In this document: positions 59,445 through 64,000 of the stretch, one piece after another
Numbering within the stretch: the stretch's first letter is position 1
How the letters are laid out: each line of letters starts with the position of its first letter
NCBI GenBank assembly: GCA_049975265.1
Contig: JBNGDF010000001.1
Location: 154,246-218,245, forward strand
DNA: 64,000 nt
Source: Fidelibacterota bacterium
GTDB taxonomy: Bacteria; Fidelibacterota; UBA2242
Reading direction: 5' to 3'
The notes under the pieces: generated by a model
Databases searched by the model: none
What the model was told of the DNA's origin: nothing
What the model saw: only the letters and a program-made list of their open reading frames with translations
Position numbers and translations under genes: made by a program

Positions 59445-60728
59445 TTAATTCAGCGGCTCCCATTCTTCGCTTAGGATTTTAAACTCCCGGTAATTCCGGG
59501 GATGTCCTTTGATCCGCAGGGTTTTGATACCCCGGTCGGAATAGTGATCGGAATAGTAGTCCTGTCGAAAGGTGACGTCCCATTGATACGGCGTCCGGCT
59601 GCTGATTTTGACATGGGAAATGTGCACTTTGATATCGTCGGATTGCCTTAACACCCGCCGTTTATGGGCCGACCAGGCGTCGAAAGAGGGATGTTCCCGG
59701 GACGAAAAGGTGGAATCGTAGTATGTCAGGTACCGCTCAACGGAACCGCTTTGCCAGTCGGTCTGCCAGCATTCGAGAAACTTATCCACTGCGTCTGAAA
59801 CATAGAGCTGGGGTGCCAGAGGCGTGAAATCCTCATTGATAATTTGCCAGACCGAATCCGCCCAGATCAGTTGCAAGGTTTTCAGTCCCCGACTGTAAAA
59901 AGTCGGACAGAGATATTCCTGCAGGAAGCTGGCACGGACTTCGTAATCCGATTGCAGGAGCCAGAGTTTATCAATGGCGACATCTTTCCAGGCATAGAGA
60001 GTTTCGAGGTTCTTTTTATTGTTTAAATAGGCTGACCTGCTTTTCCATGATCTGGTTTTGAAATGCTCAGAAATCAGGTTGGCAAAACGATCGAGTTTGC
60101 CCCTCTCCCAGGTGTCAGCCCAGTGGTAGACCAGGGGTTCAGCGGCGTGAAATTTTGCCGCTATGGCACCTGCGCGGCTGTTATGGTAAAGGCTGTCAAT
60201 AATGATAACCATTGTCTGTTGCAGGGTAATGTAGTCAGCCAGCTGTAGCAATTTACAATTTTCCAAGGAGATGCACCCTTCGGTTTGCCGATCAACGATG
60301 GCTTCATCCCGACCGTGGATCCAAATATTGGAACCGTTGCGGTTCTGAATCTGATCCGCCAGATTCGGGTAATCCAGAACAAAGGCGACCGGACCGTACC
60401 TGGGTGGTAGTTGCTCTCCGGGTATAGAGGAGACAATCCGGTAGATTCCCTCCGGTGTTTTTTGGTCTCCCTCTTTTTCTTTGTTGCCGTCAATTTTGCC
60501 CGTGGTGATCCGAAAGGTATCCACGATCTGGATGTGGGCGGGAGCGTTGCTGTTCAGGACAAAGAGGCGCTGCCGGGATTTATCAACCAGCAGCACGTTG
60601 GGAATAGTATCGGCGGAAATGTTTTGAACATAGAGTTTCAACTCATCTGCCGGGGCGATCTGGGGTATCCCGAAGTGAATCCAGCAACAGAGACTCAAAA
60701 TCACGCAATTTCGGAGAGATTTTTTCAT
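59445..60728 (-). CDS. YkuD-fold L,D-carboxy/transpeptidase with two NTF2-like domains (Csd6/Pgp2-like)
   Basis: GDQKTPEGIY, LDYPN, IWIHG, TEGCISL; two W...W...Y...Y...F modules ending in G.KTL...W/F.I..E. Confidence 0.85.
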   Translation of the reverse strand: MKKSLRNCVILSLCCWIHFGIPQIAPADELKLYVQNISADTIPNVLLVDKSRQRLFVLNSNAPAHIQIVDTFRITTGKIDGNKEKEGDQKTPEGIYRIVSSIPGEQLPPRYGPVAFVLDYPNLADQIQNRNGSNIWIHGRDEAIVDRQTEGCISLENCKLLQLADYITLQQTMVIIIDSLYHNSRAGAIAAKFHAAEPLVYHWADTWERGKLDRFANLISEHFKTRSWKSRSAYLNNKKNLETLYAWKDVAIDKLWLLQSDYEVRASFLQEYLCPTFYSRGLKTLQLIWADSVWQIINEDFTPLAPQLYVSDAVDKFLECWQTDWQSGSVERYLTYYDSTFSSREHPSFDAWSAHKRRVLRQSDDIKVHISHVKISSRTPYQWDVTFRQDYYSDHYSDRGIKTLRIKGHPRNYREFKILSEEWEPLN

Positions 60729-60797
60729 AGTCAATGCAATTTCCACCAGTGGCGAAATTATATAAATCTGGGCGATAATAAAAGCATTTCCCGCTGT

Positions 60798-62813
60798 TTA
60801 TTTCGGGGTGGCTGATTTCGATTGACGGACCCCGCGCAAGAGGGCTGCCGCCAGCCGTAGCCGGATGATCTGGTTTGAAAATGGGTAGGGTGAGAGCCGG
60901 TAGAAAGCGGTCAATAAATTGTCTGTAGGACCGGAGGTCGCGATTTTCCCAGTAATATTCTTTATCAGACCGATAAAGGATTGCGGCGGGAAGATCAGAG
61001 AATAGCCGTATAGTTTGTCGAACTCCGGGTGCTTTTGAACCAAATAGGGAACGACCTCTCTGCCGAAGGTCTCAACATTTTTTAAAACCTCATTAAAAGG
61101 GCGGTAATGGTGGTGGATCACTTTAATATGGGGTGCGTAGTACAGCCCTTCGGGATATTTCTGCCAAAGCCGGTAGGCGAATTCCGTATCTTCGCCGCCG
61201 TATCGGGTGATCTGATCGTCAAAAAAGCCCGTTTTCTTGAGCACTTCGCTTTTAATCGAAGTGACACCCATGATAAAAACGTGAAATGGCAGGGGACTGT
61301 CTCCAGGATATTTCTTGGCACCACGCTTGGCGGAGTAAATGTATTTTTGATATTTATCAGGGGGATTTTCCAAATCTGGAATCAGCGCCGAGACTACCCC
61401 GATAACCCCCGGTTTTTCGTGATATGCTATGTGAGCGGCAATAAAGTCGGAGAAGACCTCCATGTCGGCATCCAGGAAAATGATAATGTCACCTTTTGAA
61501 TGAACAATTCCGGTATTGCGGGCGGCAGCCAAGCCCCGGTTTTTATTGTGGGTATGGATATATACATAGTCCGGTAAATTCAACGCCTCTAACACATTTA
61601 AAGTATTGTCGTCAGAACCGTCATTCACGATGTGGATTTCAGTATTCGCTGTTGAGTATGTTTGTTGTAAAAGCGCCGACAGGCATGTTTCAATAGATTT
61701 TGCAGCATTATAGGCAGGTATAATAATGGATACTTTAGTTTTTTTATGTTCATTGGCTTTTTGGATCAGGATATTTTCGAAAATGTCAGTAGATGATTCC
61801 CAGGAATACTGTCTGATGGTTTTTAAACCATTTTTCACGATAGTGTCGCGCAGTTCGGCATTATCCAATAAAGAGATAGTATATTGTATTAAGGTGTCTG
61901 TATCCCCAACCGGCGCCAGCAAGGCGTTTTGTGCATGAGTTAAATATTCTGAGACGCCCCGGTTCCGATACGCTACTATCGCACAGCCGCACGCCATGGC
62001 TTCCATGACCGGCAGAGCCCAACCCTCCCAGTAACTGGTATGCAAGAAGATACGGCTCTGATTGTATAGTTGTCCTAATTCATTGACGGACGGACGGATG
62101 TGTACCCGGATCCATGCCGGTAATAAATAGAATGGACGCCGTGCGGCAATTAATGAAACCATTAATCCGGGACGTTTCTTTTTAAGCTGCTTAAAGATGG
62201 TGAAAGCATCCCGGGCTCCCTTGATTTTGGCGGGGTGGTAGAGCATCGAAATATCAATGGTGCGATGGCTGTTCTGGTTTTCAAGATAGAATTCACTTGA
62301 GTCGATCGCATTGGGCATGCGACCCTCTGCCTCTTCGTTGATTTTCCGCAACTCATCAATTATCCAATCGGATATGGCGATTTTCTGCAGCGGCAGATGG
62401 TAGGTCTGCAGCACCGTCTGTCTGTTTCTAAAGTAGGTCTCGAAGCTTTGTAAGAGGTAATATTTACGACCTTTAGTAGTTGCCAATCGGCAGACCGGTT
62501 CGGCGGTCTGCCATCCAACGGCGATGACGGCATCGGCGTCCGGGATGTACCGGTCGCTGACATTCTTCACGGTCAGGACGGACACAGCGGAAACCGGTGT
62601 ATAGTATAATTCAGGCTGATTGCCGGACAGTCGGTCGTAAAACCTCACCAGTGCTTTTTTCAACCGATAGAGCAGATTCGTCTGTAAACGGAGCGGATAA
62701 ACCAAGGTGACCTGATGTCCCCGGGCAGTCAGCCGGTTGGCGTATTCATGCACCACCTTGACGCCCCCCATGGGTACAGCAATAAATCCCGGTAAGACAA
62801 AGGTGATGCGCAT
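60798..62813 (-). CDS. Bifunctional glycosyltransferase, GT4 (N-terminal) fused to GT2 (C-terminal)
   Basis: GGVKV, EGWALPVMEAMACG; then VSIIIPAYN, VNDGSDD, ARNTGI, FLDAD, GGEDTE. Confidence 0.88.
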   Translation of the reverse strand: MRITFVLPGFIAVPMGGVKVVHEYANRLTARGHQVTLVYPLRLQTNLLYRLKKALVRFYDRLSGNQPELYYTPVSAVSVLTVKNVSDRYIPDADAVIAVGWQTAEPVCRLATTKGRKYYLLQSFETYFRNRQTVLQTYHLPLQKIAISDWIIDELRKINEEAEGRMPNAIDSSEFYLENQNSHRTIDISMLYHPAKIKGARDAFTIFKQLKKKRPGLMVSLIAARRPFYLLPAWIRVHIRPSVNELGQLYNQSRIFLHTSYWEGWALPVMEAMACGCAIVAYRNRGVSEYLTHAQNALLAPVGDTDTLIQYTISLLDNAELRDTIVKNGLKTIRQYSWESSTDIFENILIQKANEHKKTKVSIIIPAYNAAKSIETCLSALLQQTYSTANTEIHIVNDGSDDNTLNVLEALNLPDYVYIHTHNKNRGLAAARNTGIVHSKGDIIIFLDADMEVFSDFIAAHIAYHEKPGVIGVVSALIPDLENPPDKYQKYIYSAKRGAKKYPGDSPLPFHVFIMGVTSIKSEVLKKTGFFDDQITRYGGEDTEFAYRLWQKYPEGLYYAPHIKVIHHHYRPFNEVLKNVETFGREVVPYLVQKHPEFDKLYGYSLIFPPQSFIGLIKNITGKIATSGPTDNLLTAFYRLSPYPFSNQIIRLRLAAALLRGVRQSKSATPK

Positions 62814-62815
62814 GG

Positions 62816-63898
62816 TTACAAATTTACTCCGATTTCACGGTAATAATCGTACAGTCGCTGCACGACATTGCGGTAGTCGTGATATTTTTCAACCCAGCGC
62901 CGACCTTCGCTGCCTTTTTGCAGGAACAAATCGGGATTTTCGATATAATCGGTCAAGACCTCTTTGATATTGTCCGGTCGGATATTGATAAACGGGTGGT
63001 CGGGAATGAATTTTTCATAGGTCTCGTTTAAATAGGTGGCGCTGGCGACGCCCATGGAGAGCGCCTCCAGTGAGTTCATTCCGTATCCCCAGGTCAGTTC
63101 GCCGACGTGATCGATAAACAGATCAGACTGGCGTTTCGCTTCAATCACCTTTTCATAGGGTTGGTTTTCGAGGAGAATGAATCGGATCCCATGACTCTTT
63201 TCCAGCTCTTTACAGGTCCTGATGATCAAATCGGAGCCCTTGATGATGCGGTTGGTGGTGGCATGACAAATGGTCAGCGGTTTATTGAGAGACCGTTTAA
63301 CATCAAAGGCTTTGACGTCGTAAGGGAGAAAAAGGTATTTAAGATTGGGGTGCATGTAGATCAGATCGAGTTCGTTGGTCAGATTCAGGTCGCTGAGGGC
63401 GTCCATTTCCGGGATGACGCCGCGATTGCGCAGGTCCTGTCCATGATAATGGCAGACGATTTTTCTGCCCTTGGCTTTCATTTTTTTGGCAAACTCGGCA
63501 TTGCGGTAAAAATCCAGCCCCCATTCGAAGTGATAAATATCAAAATTTTCCAGGTCGAAATCCCGGATGGTGCGGCTGATTTTCGGCTTCCAGACCCGTT
63601 CCCGCAGCCACCAGATGGATTTCTGCCAGGCGGGCGGATTCCAGACCGGCGGATAGCCTTCAAGATTGGTATGAGATTCGCGCCCCTCTGTTTTCCGGAT
63701 CATCCAGCGCCGCATGCCGATATACCACGGTTTGGAGGCGATCAGTGGTAGGTCCAGCAGGATGTCCTCCTCATATCCGGCGGCGGTTTTATAAAAGGTC
63801 ACGAAGCGACAATAATGCCCGTTCAGCTGGTGGGCTTTTTGCCAATAGGACAAGATTCCAACGGTATTTTCCGGTGAGATATAGAGAATTTTCAGCAT
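62816..63898 (-). CDS. GT-B fold glycosyltransferase-like protein
   Basis: HYHGQDLR, HATTNRIIKGSD, YGMNSLEALSMG, GRRWVEKYHD; lies in a glycosyltransferase cluster. Confidence 0.75.
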   Translation of the reverse strand: MLKILYISPENTVGILSYWQKAHQLNGHYCRFVTFYKTAAGYEEDILLDLPLIASKPWYIGMRRWMIRKTEGRESHTNLEGYPPVWNPPAWQKSIWWLRERVWKPKISRTIRDFDLENFDIYHFEWGLDFYRNAEFAKKMKAKGRKIVCHYHGQDLRNRGVIPEMDALSDLNLTNELDLIYMHPNLKYLFLPYDVKAFDVKRSLNKPLTICHATTNRIIKGSDLIIRTCKELEKSHGIRFILLENQPYEKVIEAKRQSDLFIDHVGELTWGYGMNSLEALSMGVASATYLNETYEKFIPDHPFINIRPDNIKEVLTDYIENPDLFLQKGSEGRRWVEKYHDYRNVVQRLYDYYREIGVNL

Positions 63899-64000
63899 TT
63901 CAGTAATGTTTCATAAATGGTGAACAGCCGTTTTTCCATGACGGTCCAATTGTATTTTTCCCGGACGATCCGATACCCCTTTTCCCCCATTGCTAAACGC
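63892..64000 (-). CDS. C-terminal end of a GT4 glycosyltransferase (partial)
   Basis: Manual: RLAMGEKGYRIVREKYNWTVMEKRLFTIYETLLKC-stop. Confidence 0.7.
   Translation of the reverse strand, partial: RLAMGEKGYRIVREKYNWTVMEKRLFTIYETLLKC

Noticed and set aside
1..64000. CRISPR arrays, transposases, integrases, prophage or defence genes
   Set aside because: No regularly spaced repeats or such protein motifs seen; nearly all sequence is explained by host genes, and tRNA-Gln is flanked by its usual neighbours

Overview
A gene-dense, mostly minus-strand chromosomal window. Gene content (YPNPFNP-type C-terminal sorting domains, a PorV/PorQ-like barrel, rpsF-rpsR-rplI without ssb) suggests an FCB-group bacterium, possibly Marinimicrobia/Fidelibacterota-like; this is inference only. 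Housekeeping blocks: phoH-aspS, parAB, uvrA, gpmI, priA, secDF-purA, and a long ruvB-queA-ispD-ispF-dedA-ispE-tRNA-Gln-prs-rplY-pth-hppA-rpsF-rpsR-rplI run. There are many peptide and cell-wall enzymes (S8, M20, M24, MA and M23 peptidases, an OPT transporter, two exported amidases) and the end of a glycosyltransferase cluster. I saw no CRISPR array, prophage or transposase. Best leads not shown by the ORF track: (1) a complete sigma54-type promoter driving a ~100-nt, three-hairpin, self-terminating sRNA candidate behind uvrA; (2) a UGA-recoded selenocysteine peroxiredoxin with a hairpin right after the UGA; (3) a PrdB/GrdB-like protein whose Sec-x-x-Cys motif has become Ser(TCA)-x-x-Thr; (4) homologues of the Helicobacter cell-shape set Csd4, Csd6, M23 peptidase and bactofilin, the last two in the parAB operon; (5) an exported homologue of the eukaryotic RMDN TPR domain; (6) a GT4-GT2 fusion that one extra A would split into two intact genes; (7) two unannotated small membrane proteins, one apparently starting at ATC; (8) a duplication scar in the amidase pair. 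All family calls are from motif recognition; no database searches were run.
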